From contig CAZCQR010000001.1 of the NCBI GenBank assembly GCA_964500885.1, positions 1-60,378 of the forward strand: a stretch of DNA of 60,378 nt, given 5' to 3'. Made by a program: the position numbers and the translations under genes. This document shows, piece by piece, positions 31,595 to 41,137 of this stretch. The number at the start of each line of letters is the position of its first letter. The stretch's first letter is position 1. The notes beneath the pieces were generated by a model. The model was not told the origin of the DNA. It was given only the letters and a program-made list of their open reading frames with translations, and made no database searches. This stretch comes from an uncultured Clavibacter sp. GTDB taxonomy: Bacteria; Actinomycetota; Actinomycetes; Nanopelagicales; Nanopelagicaceae.

Positions 31595-31942
31595 ATGGCT
31601 GGTGGTAGCGCAATCCGAGGTTCGCGCGTTGGCGCGGGTCCAATGGGTGAAGCCGAACGCGGCGAAGCTATTGCACGTTTTCGAATTTCCTATTGGTGCC
31701 TAAACGGTCATGAAACAAAACCATCATTTGCTGATGATGGATCTGTTGAGATTCCAGCTGAATGGGACTGCCCAAGATGTGGTTTCCCGGCTGGACGAGA
31801 TAAAAATAATCCGCCATCACCATTAAAGAATGAGCCTTATAAAACGCATCTAGCTTATGTAAAGGAACGTAGGACAGAGGCAGAGGCAAAGAAGATTCTT
31901 GATGCAGCTCTTAAGAAGTTACAAGCAGAAGACGAAGAGTAA
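31595..31942 (+). CDS. rbpA: RNA polymerase-binding protein RbpA
   Basis: 115 aa starting RGSRVGA. It has a Streptomyces-type C-x3-H...C-x2-C zinc-ribbon pattern (YWCLNGHE...WDCPRCG) and a C-terminal sigma-interaction block KTHLAYVKERRT. Confidence 0.85.
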   Translation: MAGGSAIRGSRVGAGPMGEAERGEAIARFRISYWCLNGHETKPSFADDGSVEIPAEWDCPRCGFPAGRDKNNPPSPLKNEPYKTHLAYVKERRTEAEAKKILDAALKKLQAEDEE

Positions 31943-31943
31943 T

Positions 31944-33455
31944 TTAAGAAATAACTTGCTTTATTTTTGTAATCGCTATTGCTTCATTCTTTAGATGTAT
32001 TCGCACTACAGGGAGATTTCTACCCGCTAGAGCTGCATAATCTCCGCTTGTTTGTGCATTGATCAACTCTGCAAAGTCATAACTTGCACCAGGAATTAAA
32101 ACCTCATGTTCAAACTCAGAGGTAAGTTGTAGAAAAGCTCCGACCAGCGGTCCGCCTTTATGAAATTGACCGGTTGAGTGAAGGAAACGCGGTCCCCAGC
32201 CGAAGGTGACTGGTTTCTTAAATCGCCTCGCCAAGAGCGTTTGAAGTTCAATCACTTCGCTCTGTTTTGGCCGATTAAGGTAAGCCATCACAGCGATGTA
32301 AGAACCAGCATTTAGCAACTCCAGATAATCGCCTAAGTTATCCATTTTTCTAGGAGCATAAATTTCCATGTTCTCATCTTCAAATACTGGAAGCTGATCA
32401 TCTAAGTCACCAGATAAGCATTTATTTGTAAGGTCCTTAGCCTCAGTTACATTGGGTTGATTGAATGGGTCAACCTTTAATAGATAGCAAAGTAAAGCCG
32501 TAACCCATTCCCAAAAAATAAATTGAGCGCCTAACGGGCCAGAAATATATCTCCCATTGTTTTCCAAGAATTGAATAGTCTGCGCTGTAACATCTTTGCT
32601 TTCATGCAAAACTACTGGCAGGACTCCAACTCCGTCCTTACCGGTCGATTCTGCAATTAGCTGTTCGATCCAATCGGCAATTCCGGGAACATTTGAATTC
32701 TTATCGAAGAACTCCGGATATTGCGACTCTGGTTGAGCTAATGCAGCAGCCACCTGGACGACAGATGAATCCTTTTCAGCAAAACTTTCAGCCGCCATCA
32801 AGGCATCATCTAAAAGAATTGAAACATCGACACCGATTAGCGCGGCCGGCACCAATCCAAAGGCGCTAAGAGCACTAAATCTGCCGCCAACCTTAGGGTT
32901 TGCCAGTACTAACTGAGCTCCAACTTCGTTGGCAAAAGTTTCCAATAAACTTCCCGGATCTGTAACGACTACTAGATGCTCCGATAGCGGTAAATTAAGT
33001 TTGGCTAATTCTTCAACAAATAACGAACGCTGTGATGATGTTTCGATTGTGCTACCAGATTTGGAAGCGATGATTATGCAGGTCTTCTTCAAATCTAAAG
33101 CGAGCGCGGCAGCAACTTGATCAGGATTAGTCGAATCCAGGACAGTTAGTTCCTTCTGATGATGCGCGGCTATAACTTCAGGTGCAAGTGATGAGCCACC
33201 CATTCCGCATAAAATGAAATGCTTATGACCAAGTGCGCGCGACCATGCTGATAGTGCATCAAGTTTGGGAAGGAGCGCTCTAGAACTCTCGGGTAAATCG
33301 ATCCAATCCAATCTAACGGAAGCTTCCTTTGCAGCTGATTCGCCCCAAAGTGTTGGATCTTTCGCTGCTAACCGAATAGTTATCTCATTTAGCGCTGCCA
33401 AATTTTGCGCATTTGTATTGAAGCCCGAAACTTTAAGCAAGCGAGGCTCGCTCAA
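31944..33455 (-). CDS. pgi: Glucose-6-phosphate isomerase
   Basis: 503 aa with SIS-domain motifs GMGGSSLAPEV and ASKSGSTIET. TTG start overlaps the tal 3' end; an alternative TTG lies at 33440. Confidence 0.88.
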   Translation of the reverse strand: MSEPRLLKVSGFNTNAQNLAALNEITIRLAAKDPTLWGESAAKEASVRLDWIDLPESSRALLPKLDALSAWSRALGHKHFILCGMGGSSLAPEVIAAHHQKELTVLDSTNPDQVAAALALDLKKTCIIIASKSGSTIETSSQRSLFVEELAKLNLPLSEHLVVVTDPGSLLETFANEVGAQLVLANPKVGGRFSALSAFGLVPAALIGVDVSILLDDALMAAESFAEKDSSVVQVAAALAQPESQYPEFFDKNSNVPGIADWIEQLIAESTGKDGVGVLPVVLHESKDVTAQTIQFLENNGRYISGPLGAQFIFWEWVTALLCYLLKVDPFNQPNVTEAKDLTNKCLSGDLDDQLPVFEDENMEIYAPRKMDNLGDYLELLNAGSYIAVMAYLNRPKQSEVIELQTLLARRFKKPVTFGWGPRFLHSTGQFHKGGPLVGAFLQLTSEFEHEVLIPGASYDFAELINAQTSGDYAALAGRNLPVVRIHLKNEAIAITKIKQVIS

Positions 33456-34530
33456 CAGCTGAAATCAACTCGTTCCAAGGTTTAATAAATTTTTCGATTC
33501 CTTCATTTTCTAACTTAACTGCAACTTCTTCGATATCGATTGATATTTTCTTTAGGAGGTCGAGATGATCCTTGGCAGAGTTATATGTGCCGTGGATAGT
33601 GTTGCCTCTAAATTTCTCACTTGCACGGACCGCGTCCAAAGTATTCTCTGGCATCGTATTAACAGTCTCTTCTGCAACTAAATCTAAAACGTACATCGTT
33701 GGATCATAAGTTGGATCCTTTACGCCAGTTGATGCCCATAAAGGTCTTTGGAGATTTCCACTTCTTTCGGAGAGTTTCTGCCATCGAGCGCTATCTCTAA
33801 CTTGCGCGAAATGCTGGTAGGCGAGTCTGGCGTTTGCTAAGGCAGCGATTCCACGTAAACCTTCATTTCCTGTAGATGTGAGCCGGCCATCAATTTCAGT
33901 ATCAACCCTACTTACAAAGAAAGATGCCACGGAGTGAATACCAGAGATATCTAATCCGGAGGCAACGCGCTCTTCCAATCCGAGAAGGAAAGCTTCGAGA
34001 ACTTCTTGATAACGCTTTACCGAAAAAATAATTGTTACATTGATACTTATTCCAGAGGCAGTTAAGGATCGGATGGCATCCAGGCCCTCCACCGTTGCTG
34101 GCACTTTGATTAAGACATTTGGCATGGCAACTTTATTCCATAAATATTTAGCCTGCGAAATTGTTTCTTCGGTGGATCGTGCCAATCTCGGATCAACTTC
34201 AATGCTAACTCGACCATCCACACCGTTGGTTGCTTCGTAAATCGGCATAAAAATCTCACATGCTCTTCGAACATCTGATGTGGTTAACTCAGTAATAATT
34301 TCCTCAGCACTTAATCCTTTTTGGGAGAGTTCCTTTATGTCATCTCGATAGAGTGAAGAATTGGAGATTGCCGAGGAGAAAATTGCAGGATTCGTGGTTA
34401 CTCCCACGACATGGCTCGTCGAAACTAGATCAGGAAGATAAGTTGCGTTGCCACCTTTATGGAAACGTTCTCTCGACAGGTCATCGAGCCAGATTGAGAC
34501 TCCAGCTTCTGAAACTTTCTCAAGTGACAT
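33433..34530 (-). CDS. tal: Transaldolase
   Basis: 365 aa with VTTNPAIF and the Schiff-base lysine block VLIKVPAT. Confidence 0.93.
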   Translation of the reverse strand: MSLEKVSEAGVSIWLDDLSRERFHKGGNATYLPDLVSTSHVVGVTTNPAIFSSAISNSSLYRDDIKELSQKGLSAEEIITELTTSDVRRACEIFMPIYEATNGVDGRVSIEVDPRLARSTEETISQAKYLWNKVAMPNVLIKVPATVEGLDAIRSLTASGISINVTIIFSVKRYQEVLEAFLLGLEERVASGLDISGIHSVASFFVSRVDTEIDGRLTSTGNEGLRGIAALANARLAYQHFAQVRDSARWQKLSERSGNLQRPLWASTGVKDPTYDPTMYVLDLVAEETVNTMPENTLDAVRASEKFRGNTIHGTYNSAKDHLDLLKKISIDIEEVAVKLENEGIEKFIKPWNELISAVERASLA

Positions 34531-34540
34531 TTAGAGGGTC

Positions 34541-36616
34541 CTACTTATTTCGAGACTTTTCGATTGACCGTTTTGCCGCGGCTATTACATTTTCTACTGT
34601 AAATCCAAATTCTGAGAAGAGCTTTGTATGTGAAGCTGAAGCACCAAAATGATCCAAGGAGAGTATTTCGCCATTATCTCCGACATATTCGCGCCATCCT
34701 TGGCGGACGCCTGCTTCAATGCTTACCCGGGCTTTCACCTTTGACGGAAGAACTGAATCGCGATAACTCTGACTTTCTCTTTCAAACCATTCCAGCGATA
34801 TTGCACTGACTACTTCACATTTAATTCCAGCCGAATTCAATTGCTCTGCAGCGGCAAGCGCTAGCGCAACTTCGGATCCGGTAGCAATCAGGATTACTTC
34901 AGGATCATTGATCTTCAGAAGTGGGTATGCACCTTTTGACGCAAGATCAGCTGTATTGAATTTTGATCGATCAATTACTGGCAAATTTTGGCGGGAGAGA
35001 ATTAGTGCTGCAGGTTTTCGATTTATCAAAATCTGTTGCCAGGCTATGGCAACTTCATTTGCATCAGCAGGGCGAATTACATCTAAACCTGGCATTGCAC
35101 GTAACGAGGCTAGATGCTCGATAGGTTGATGAGTTGGACCATCTTCACCGAGACCAATTGAATCGTGGGTCCAAATAAAAGTAACAGGGAGTTGCATTAA
35201 TGCTGAAAGCCTGACTGCACCTCTCATGTAATCACTAAATACTAAGAAAGTGCCGGCAAAGGGGCGAAGGCCACCATGGAGGGCCATGCCATTAATGATT
35301 GCTCCCATTGCGTGCTCGCGAATTCCAAAGAAAATATTTCTACCAAAAGGATTAGCTCCATCCATCTTCGATGAGCTTGGTAGAAAAGCACCACCGCCTT
35401 CGATGGTTGTGTTGTTGCTCTCGGCCAAGTCCGCAGAACCGCCAAGCATCTCAGGGAATGCGGTCGCTAATTTATTAATTACTTCGCCCGATGCTTTTCT
35501 GGTTGCTACCTCTTTACCATTTTCGAAAACAGGTATTAACTCTTTCCAGTTTTCAGGTAGACCATTTGCTTGCATTCGATCGAGAAGTGCCGCTGCCTTT
35601 GGATTTGCAGAGCGCCAATTTTCATATCGCGTATCCCATTGAGCGCGGAACTCTCTATTTCGCTCTATCAATTTACGGACATGAGACTCGATTTCTGTTG
35701 GAAAGTAGAAATCTTCTGCAGGTAAACCTAATTCAATCTTTGTAGCGGCAACCTCTTCTTTCCCAAGAGCAGAACCATGAGATTTAGCGGTATTCCTCGC
35801 CTTAGGCGCCGGCCAGGCAATGACGCTTTGTAGACGAATTAATGTTGGCCTGTCATTAACCGCAACAGCTTCAATCATTGCTCTCTCGAGCGCGCTTCGA
35901 TCTACATCGCCATCTGACTTAGCTGAAACCTCAATAACATTCCAACCATAAGATCTATATCTTGCACTTACATCTTCGGTAAAAGCATTGTGAGTATCAC
36001 CATCGATCGATATCCGGTTGTCATCATAAATAACCTTTAGATTTCCAAGGGCTTGGGTTCCGGCAAGGGATGATGCTTCTGCACTTACTCCTTCTTGCAC
36101 ATCGCCATCGCTACAAATCACCCAGATGTTGTGTCCAAAAGGACTATTTTCAAAATCACTTTCTGGATCAAAGAGTCCATGTTTATATCGAGCTGCCATC
36201 GCCATACCAACAGCGTTTGCAATACCTTGGCCGAGCGGTCCCGTCGTGGTTTCAACACCCTTTGTATGTCCATATTCTGGGTGGCCAGGAGTTAGCGATC
36301 CCCAAGTTCTAAATGACTTCAAGTCATCAATGCTTAATCCATAACCGCTAAATAAAAGTTGAATATATAAAGTTAATGAGGAGTGCCCACAAGAGAGTAT
36401 GAAACGATCTCGACCAATCCATTCCGGATCAGTTGGATCATGCTTAAGAATTCTCTGAAAGAGCGTGTACGCAACTGGTGCCAGTGACATTGCCGTGCCG
36501 GGATGGCCATTACCGACTCGTTGCACCGAATCCATAGCAAGAGCTCTGGCAATTGCTACAGCTCGATCGTCTAGATCGGTCCAATCAGGAAGATTCGATA
36601 CCGCGTTTTTCATCAT
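34541..36616 (-). CDS. tkt: Transketolase
   Basis: 691 aa with GNGHPG, ILSCGHSS and GEDGPTHQPIEHLA motifs. Confidence 0.96.
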   Translation of the reverse strand: MMKNAVSNLPDWTDLDDRAVAIARALAMDSVQRVGNGHPGTAMSLAPVAYTLFQRILKHDPTDPEWIGRDRFILSCGHSSLTLYIQLLFSGYGLSIDDLKSFRTWGSLTPGHPEYGHTKGVETTTGPLGQGIANAVGMAMAARYKHGLFDPESDFENSPFGHNIWVICSDGDVQEGVSAEASSLAGTQALGNLKVIYDDNRISIDGDTHNAFTEDVSARYRSYGWNVIEVSAKSDGDVDRSALERAMIEAVAVNDRPTLIRLQSVIAWPAPKARNTAKSHGSALGKEEVAATKIELGLPAEDFYFPTEIESHVRKLIERNREFRAQWDTRYENWRSANPKAAALLDRMQANGLPENWKELIPVFENGKEVATRKASGEVINKLATAFPEMLGGSADLAESNNTTIEGGGAFLPSSSKMDGANPFGRNIFFGIREHAMGAIINGMALHGGLRPFAGTFLVFSDYMRGAVRLSALMQLPVTFIWTHDSIGLGEDGPTHQPIEHLASLRAMPGLDVIRPADANEVAIAWQQILINRKPAALILSRQNLPVIDRSKFNTADLASKGAYPLLKINDPEVILIATGSEVALALAAAEQLNSAGIKCEVVSAISLEWFERESQSYRDSVLPSKVKARVSIEAGVRQGWREYVGDNGEILSLDHFGASASHTKLFSEFGFTVENVIAAAKRSIEKSRNK

Positions 36617-37530
36617 GATCGGGAAAGGACATTACCTTTAATTGCAATATTCCAAGCTGATAGCCACACGATAATAGCCCCAAATATGTGGAATCCGACT
36701 ATCAATTCCGGCAGCCCGGTGAAATATTGGATGTAGCCCAAGGCTCCTTGCGCTAAGGAGACTACGAGAAAGAGCTGGACAGATCGCCCCATCTCAGCCT
36801 TAGTTTCAGATACTTCACTTAAGTTAAGTGCAATAAGGAGGGCAAGAGTGATTCCCAAGAGAGCGATAACAAGATCGGCATGAATCCAGGACATCGTTCG
36901 CGCATCCAGGTTAAATCTCTCTGCCGCGCTATCTCCAGCATGAGGTCCGCTACCAGTCACAATTGTCCCTGCAGCGATAACGAGAATTGTAAAAATCAAA
37001 TGTAATCGAGCTAATCGTTTACTTAATGGTTTGAGCGAATGTGAAGTTGGAACTCGTCCATGAATGCGTTGTCTAAGTGATAGGGCAGCTGCGATTAGGA
37101 GAATTGAAAGCAGGAAATGCGCAGCCACGGTTGCTGGATTCAAACCTGTGAGGACAGTAATGCCACCGAGCACACCTTGTGCCAAAATGCCAATAATTTG
37201 GATTGCGCCTAGAAGTATCCATCGCGACTTAACCTCCTTTGAATTGCCATTTTTTAGAATCGCTAGCATTAAAAGAAGTGCGTTAATAAAAAGTACAAAA
37301 GTAAGTAGCCGATTTCCAAATTCGATCCATGCGTGAAGTGGCGCTTCCGGCTGGTCAGGGGTTGGGGTATATGAACCGGGGGTACATTCTGGCCAGGTTG
37401 AGCAGCCAAGACCTGAACCAGTTAATCGAACCGAAGCGCCGGTTACGACAATTGCAGATTGCGTGAAGACCATCGCTGAGGAGATAAATCTCAAGAATCG
37501 ACTCGACGGAACCTTCAATTCGATGGCCAT
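36613..37530 (-). CDS. ctaA: Heme A synthase (COX15/CtaA family)
   Basis: 305-aa polytopic membrane protein with the Cys pair block LTGSGLGCSTWPEC and conserved His residues in TM helices. Its stop overlaps the tkt start (ATGA). Starting at 37530 keeps TM1 intact. Confidence 0.85.
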   Translation of the reverse strand: MAIELKVPSSRFLRFISSAMVFTQSAIVVTGASVRLTGSGLGCSTWPECTPGSYTPTPDQPEAPLHAWIEFGNRLLTFVLFINALLLMLAILKNGNSKEVKSRWILLGAIQIIGILAQGVLGGITVLTGLNPATVAAHFLLSILLIAAALSLRQRIHGRVPTSHSLKPLSKRLARLHLIFTILVIAAGTIVTGSGPHAGDSAAERFNLDARTMSWIHADLVIALLGITLALLIALNLSEVSETKAEMGRSVQLFLVVSLAQGALGYIQYFTGLPELIVGFHIFGAIIVWLSAWNIAIKGNVLSRS

Positions 37531-37536
37531 AGGCAG

Positions 37537-37542
37537 AGCCTA
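37537..37542 (-). promoter_or_regulatory. Candidate -10 hexamer TAGGCT (minus strand), 6 nt upstream of the ctaA ATG
   Basis: The reverse complement of 37537-37542 is TAGGCT, followed by N6 and the ATG at 37530. There is no SD. The hexamer lies inside the inverted repeat GAGCC-N5-GGCTC (37536-37550). Confidence 0.4.
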
Positions 37543-37575
37543 CGAGGCTCGAGTGGCAGCGGTAGCCGATTTACG

Positions 37576-37589
37576 CAACAATTACGTTG
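37576..37589. promoter_or_regulatory. SufR-operator-like palindrome CAAC-N6-GTTG
   Basis: CAACAATTACGTTG lies directly in front of, and overlaps, the candidate sufR start GTG 37589. It matches the CAAC-N6-GTTG SufR site reported for cyanobacteria and Streptomyces (from memory). Confidence 0.45.
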
Positions 37590-38314
37590 TGAAAACAGCC
37601 ACCCAATCTGGAGTCGATTTAAAGACCCGAGATTTAGTTGCGCGCACCATCTTGGAATCTGGCCCCTCGACTGCGGTCGCTCTGGCTAAGAGATTGAAGT
37701 TAACTCCTGCAGGTATCCGACGACATTTAGATTCCCTTATTGAAGATGGGATTTTAGAGGAGCGCGAACCTCACATTAGAAGCGCCAAACTCCGTGGCCG
37801 ACCATCCAAAGTATTTGTATTAAGTGATCGAGGTCGAGAGAATTTCGAACATTCCTACGATGACTTGGCTGTTGCAGCGCTTCGATATCTAGAGGATCAA
37901 GGTGGAGCCAATCTTGTAAACGGCTTTGCAAAATATCGCGCAGATGAGATGTATCGGAAGGCTGAAGGTAATTCCAAAAAAGGCAGCCAACTTAACTTTG
38001 AAGATAAGGCAGCAGCGCTTTCTAAATTCTTAACTGATGAAGGCTATGCGGCAAGTACACATAAACGCGGCGTAGGAATCGAACTCTGCCAGCACCATTG
38101 CCCAATTGCACACGTCGCTGCTGTCTATCCACAACTATGCGAAGAAGAAACGAAAGCTTTCTCAGAGATTCTTGGAACGCATGTCCAGAGATTGGCAACA
38201 ATCGCACATGGAGATGGCGTTTGTACAACATTTATTCCAAATAAGAATTTCGCCAATTCCAAATTGCAAGGACTTAGATCTAAGAAAAAATCAATCCCAA
38301 GTAGAAAAGGGTAA
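37589..38314 (+). CDS. sufR: Fe-S cluster assembly transcriptional repressor SufR
   Basis: Winged HTH ([38 protein letters not shown]) plus the C-terminal Cys cluster [21 protein letters not shown]. The start is uncertain: in-frame candidates are GTG 37463 (track; overlaps ctaA by 68 nt), ATG 37523, GTG 37553 and GTG 37589. Confidence 0.8.
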   Translation: MKTATQSGVDLKTRDLVARTILESGPSTAVALAKRLKLTPAGIRRHLDSLIEDGILEEREPHIRSAKLRGRPSKVFVLSDRGRENFEHSYDDLAVAALRYLEDQGGANLVNGFAKYRADEMYRKAEGNSKKGSQLNFEDKAAALSKFLTDEGYAASTHKRGVGIELCQHHCPIAHVAAVYPQLCEEETKAFSEILGTHVQRLATIAHGDGVCTTFIPNKNFANSKLQGLRSKKKSIPSRKG

Positions 38315-38319
38315 CGACG

Positions 38320-39732
38320 ATGAGCCAAACAACGCATCCCGAACTAGAAGGTATTGGCAAGTATCAATACGGCTGGGCTGATAAAGATTTAGCAGGCGCC
38401 CAGAGCAAGCGTGGCCTAAATGAGGATGTTGTAAAGGATATTTCGTCTAAGAAGAATGAACCACAGTGGATGCTTGATCTCCGCCTTAAGGGCTTGAATC
38501 TTTTCGATAAAAAGCCATTACCTAATTGGGGTTCTGACTTAACTACAATCGATTTCGACAATATTAAATACTTTGTTCGTTCCACTGAGAAGCAGGCAAA
38601 ATCATGGGAAGAGTTACCAGAAGATATTAAGAATACTTATGACAAGTTGGGTATTCCAGAAGCTGAAAGACAGCGGCTCGTCGCTGGCGTTGCAGCACAA
38701 TATGAATCTGAAGTTGTTTATCACTCAATTCGTGAAGATCTTGAAGAGCAAGGCGTTATATTCCTAGATACCGACACTGGCTTACGTGAGCATGAAGAGC
38801 TCTTTAAAGAGTATTTCGGAACAGTAATTCCAGTTGGTGATAACAAGTTTGCTGCTTTGAATACAGCAGTTTGGTCAGGTGGATCATTTATATATGTTCC
38901 TAAAGGTGTACATGTAGAGATTCCGCTACAGGCTTATTTCCGAATTAATACAGAGAATATGGGCCAATTTGAAAGAACTCTAATAATTGCTGACGAGGGT
39001 TCATATGTACATTATGTAGAAGGTTGCACAGCCCCAATCTATTCTTCAGATTCACTGCATTCAGCAGTTGTCGAAATCATTGTGAAGAAAAATGCGCGTG
39101 TTCGTTATACGACGATTCAGAACTGGTCTAACAATGTTTACAACTTGGTAACTAAACGAGCAACATGTGCAGAAGGTGCCACCATGGAGTGGATTGATGG
39201 AAATATCGGCTCCAAAGTGACTATGAAGTACCCAGCAGTATTCATGATGGGACCTCATGCAAAAGGAGAGACTCTTTCAATCGCATTCGCAGGAGAAGGA
39301 CAACATCAAGATGCTGGCGCAAAAATGGTTCACGCAGCTCCCTTTACTTCTTCAACTATCGTTTCAAAATCTGTTGCTAGAGGCGGTGGAAGAACTTCGT
39401 ATCGCGGCTTAGTACAAATTCAAGAAGGCGCTCATCACTCCAAGAGCACCGTCAAATGCGATGCACTTCTCGTCGACACAATTTCTAGATCCGATACCTA
39501 TCCATACGTCGATGTTCGAGAAGATGATGTTTCAATGGGCCACGAAGCTACCGTTTCCAAGGTAAGCGATGATCAACTTTTCTATTTGATGTCACGTGGA
39601 TTAACTGAAGATGAGGCAATGGCGATGATTGTTCGCGGATTCATTGAACCAATCGCACGTGAACTCCCAATGGAATATGCCCTTGAGTTAAATCGTTTGA
39701 TTGAGCTCCAAATGGAAGGCGCGGTGGGTTAA
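38320..39732 (+). CDS. sufB: Fe-S cluster assembly scaffold SufB
   Basis: 470 aa with typical SufB blocks ([16 protein letters not shown]). No intein is present, as the length is normal. Confidence 0.97.
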   Translation: MSQTTHPELEGIGKYQYGWADKDLAGAQSKRGLNEDVVKDISSKKNEPQWMLDLRLKGLNLFDKKPLPNWGSDLTTIDFDNIKYFVRSTEKQAKSWEELPEDIKNTYDKLGIPEAERQRLVAGVAAQYESEVVYHSIREDLEEQGVIFLDTDTGLREHEELFKEYFGTVIPVGDNKFAALNTAVWSGGSFIYVPKGVHVEIPLQAYFRINTENMGQFERTLIIADEGSYVHYVEGCTAPIYSSDSLHSAVVEIIVKKNARVRYTTIQNWSNNVYNLVTKRATCAEGATMEWIDGNIGSKVTMKYPAVFMMGPHAKGETLSIAFAGEGQHQDAGAKMVHAAPFTSSTIVSKSVARGGGRTSYRGLVQIQEGAHHSKSTVKCDALLVDTISRSDTYPYVDVREDDVSMGHEATVSKVSDDQLFYLMSRGLTEDEAMAMIVRGFIEPIARELPMEYALELNRLIELQMEGAVG

Positions 39733-40814
39733 TGTCACTTCCAACGAATTACTTAACACCGACTGGTCGTGAAGAGGCTTGGCGTTTCACACCTTTGAAG
39801 CGCTTGGGCGGACTACATGAATCAACAACTTCAGTCTTAGATCGTGTATCAATAGATTTAGTTGGAGCGCCCCGTCCAGGTTTTTCAATTAGCCAGGTTC
39901 CGGCTGATCAAATTGCTCCGCTCTCAAAGAGCGACGATGCCGTAGTGCAACGACTGCGTGCCGAAGTAAAGACTGTGACACACCTTAAGATTGAAAATGA
40001 AGCTGTGATTAGCGAGCCTATTTTCTTGAAACGGAGCGCTAAAGGCGAAACAGAATTTTCTCGTTCAGTCATCACGGTGGGCGCACATAGTAAAGCGACC
40101 GTCATCGTCGAAAACGCAGGCAGCTCAATTCTTGGCGAAGAGATTGAAATTAAGTTGGAAGCCGGCGCTCAATTCACTTTTATCACTTTGCAAGAATGGG
40201 ATGAAAACGCAGTCCATTTAGGAAGACATCACGCAATCGTTGGCCGGGACGCTACATTCAATTCAATCACAGTCACGATTGGTGGCTCTCTCGTAAGACT
40301 TCTTCCAACAGTTGAATATTCAGATCAGGGTGGCAACGCAGAGTTGCTCGGACTTTACTTTGCTACCGATGACCAACATCTAGAACACCGAGTTCATGTC
40401 GAACATGGAATTCCTAATGGCAAGTCAAGAGTCACTTATAAAGGAATTCTTGCTGGCGAAGCTGCCCGCACCGTTTGGATCGGTGATGTATTTATTCGAG
40501 GAAATGCCGAAGGAACAGATACCTACGAGCTAAACAAGAATCTACTTTTAACAGATGGCGCAAGAGCTGACTCAGTTCCCAATTTAGAGATTGAAACCGG
40601 TGAAATTGTTGGCGCTGGCCATGCAAGCACAACTGGAAGATTTGATGATGAACAGCTTTTCTATCTAATGTCTCGCGGAATTCCGATGGCCGAAGCGCGC
40701 CGACTAGTCACACGGGGATTCTTTGGCGAAATCATTTCAAAAATTGGAAATGAGGAAGTTGAAGAGCGATTAATGAAGCGAGTAGATCAACAGCTTGCGA
40801 AGGTGGGCGCATAG
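39732..40814 (+). CDS. sufD: Fe-S cluster assembly protein SufD
   Basis: 360 aa, a SufB paralogue ([22 protein letters not shown]). 1-nt overlap with sufB. Confidence 0.93.
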   Translation: MSLPTNYLTPTGREEAWRFTPLKRLGGLHESTTSVLDRVSIDLVGAPRPGFSISQVPADQIAPLSKSDDAVVQRLRAEVKTVTHLKIENEAVISEPIFLKRSAKGETEFSRSVITVGAHSKATVIVENAGSSILGEEIEIKLEAGAQFTFITLQEWDENAVHLGRHHAIVGRDATFNSITVTIGGSLVRLLPTVEYSDQGGNAELLGLYFATDDQHLEHRVHVEHGIPNGKSRVTYKGILAGEAARTVWIGDVFIRGNAEGTDTYELNKNLLLTDGARADSVPNLEIETGEIVGAGHASTTGRFDDEQLFYLMSRGIPMAEARRLVTRGFFGEIISKIGNEEVEERLMKRVDQQLAKVGA

Positions 40815-41126
40815 ATGACAACATCAATTCAGCTCACTGACTTGACGCCAGGTAAACCGATGAAGGTTTCGGTCGGAAGTAAAGAAGCATGCGTAGTTAG
40901 AGTTGGCAGCGAAGTATTTGCAGTTTCTGATATGTGTAGCCACGCAGAAGCTTCTTTATCCGAAGGTGAAGTTACTGAATACAAAATTGAATGCTGGCTC
41001 CACGGCGCAGAATTCGATTTACGTACCGGCGAGGCACTTACTCCGCCAGCAACCGAGCCATTGGAAATCTTCTCCATCGTAACTGATGGAAATACCGTAA
41101 CTATTTCAGAGAATGATAAGAACTAA
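40815..41126 (+). CDS. Rieske-type [2Fe-2S] ferredoxin
   Basis: 103 aa with the Rieske motifs CSHAE...CWLHGAEF (C-x-H ... C-x-x-H). Confidence 0.85.
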   Translation: MTTSIQLTDLTPGKPMKVSVGSKEACVVRVGSEVFAVSDMCSHAEASLSEGEVTEYKIECWLHGAEFDLRTGEALTPPATEPLEIFSIVTDGNTVTISENDKN

Positions 41127-41137
41127 CTAAGGAGAAT

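Noticed and set aside
40815-41126. Rieske [2Fe-2S] ferredoxin inserted between sufD and sufC, considered as a possible novelty.
   Set aside because: A Rieske-type gene at this position is, to my recollection, present in Streptomyces and many other actinobacterial suf operons, though absent in M. tuberculosis. It is therefore a conserved, if functionally under-studied, operon member rather than something new.
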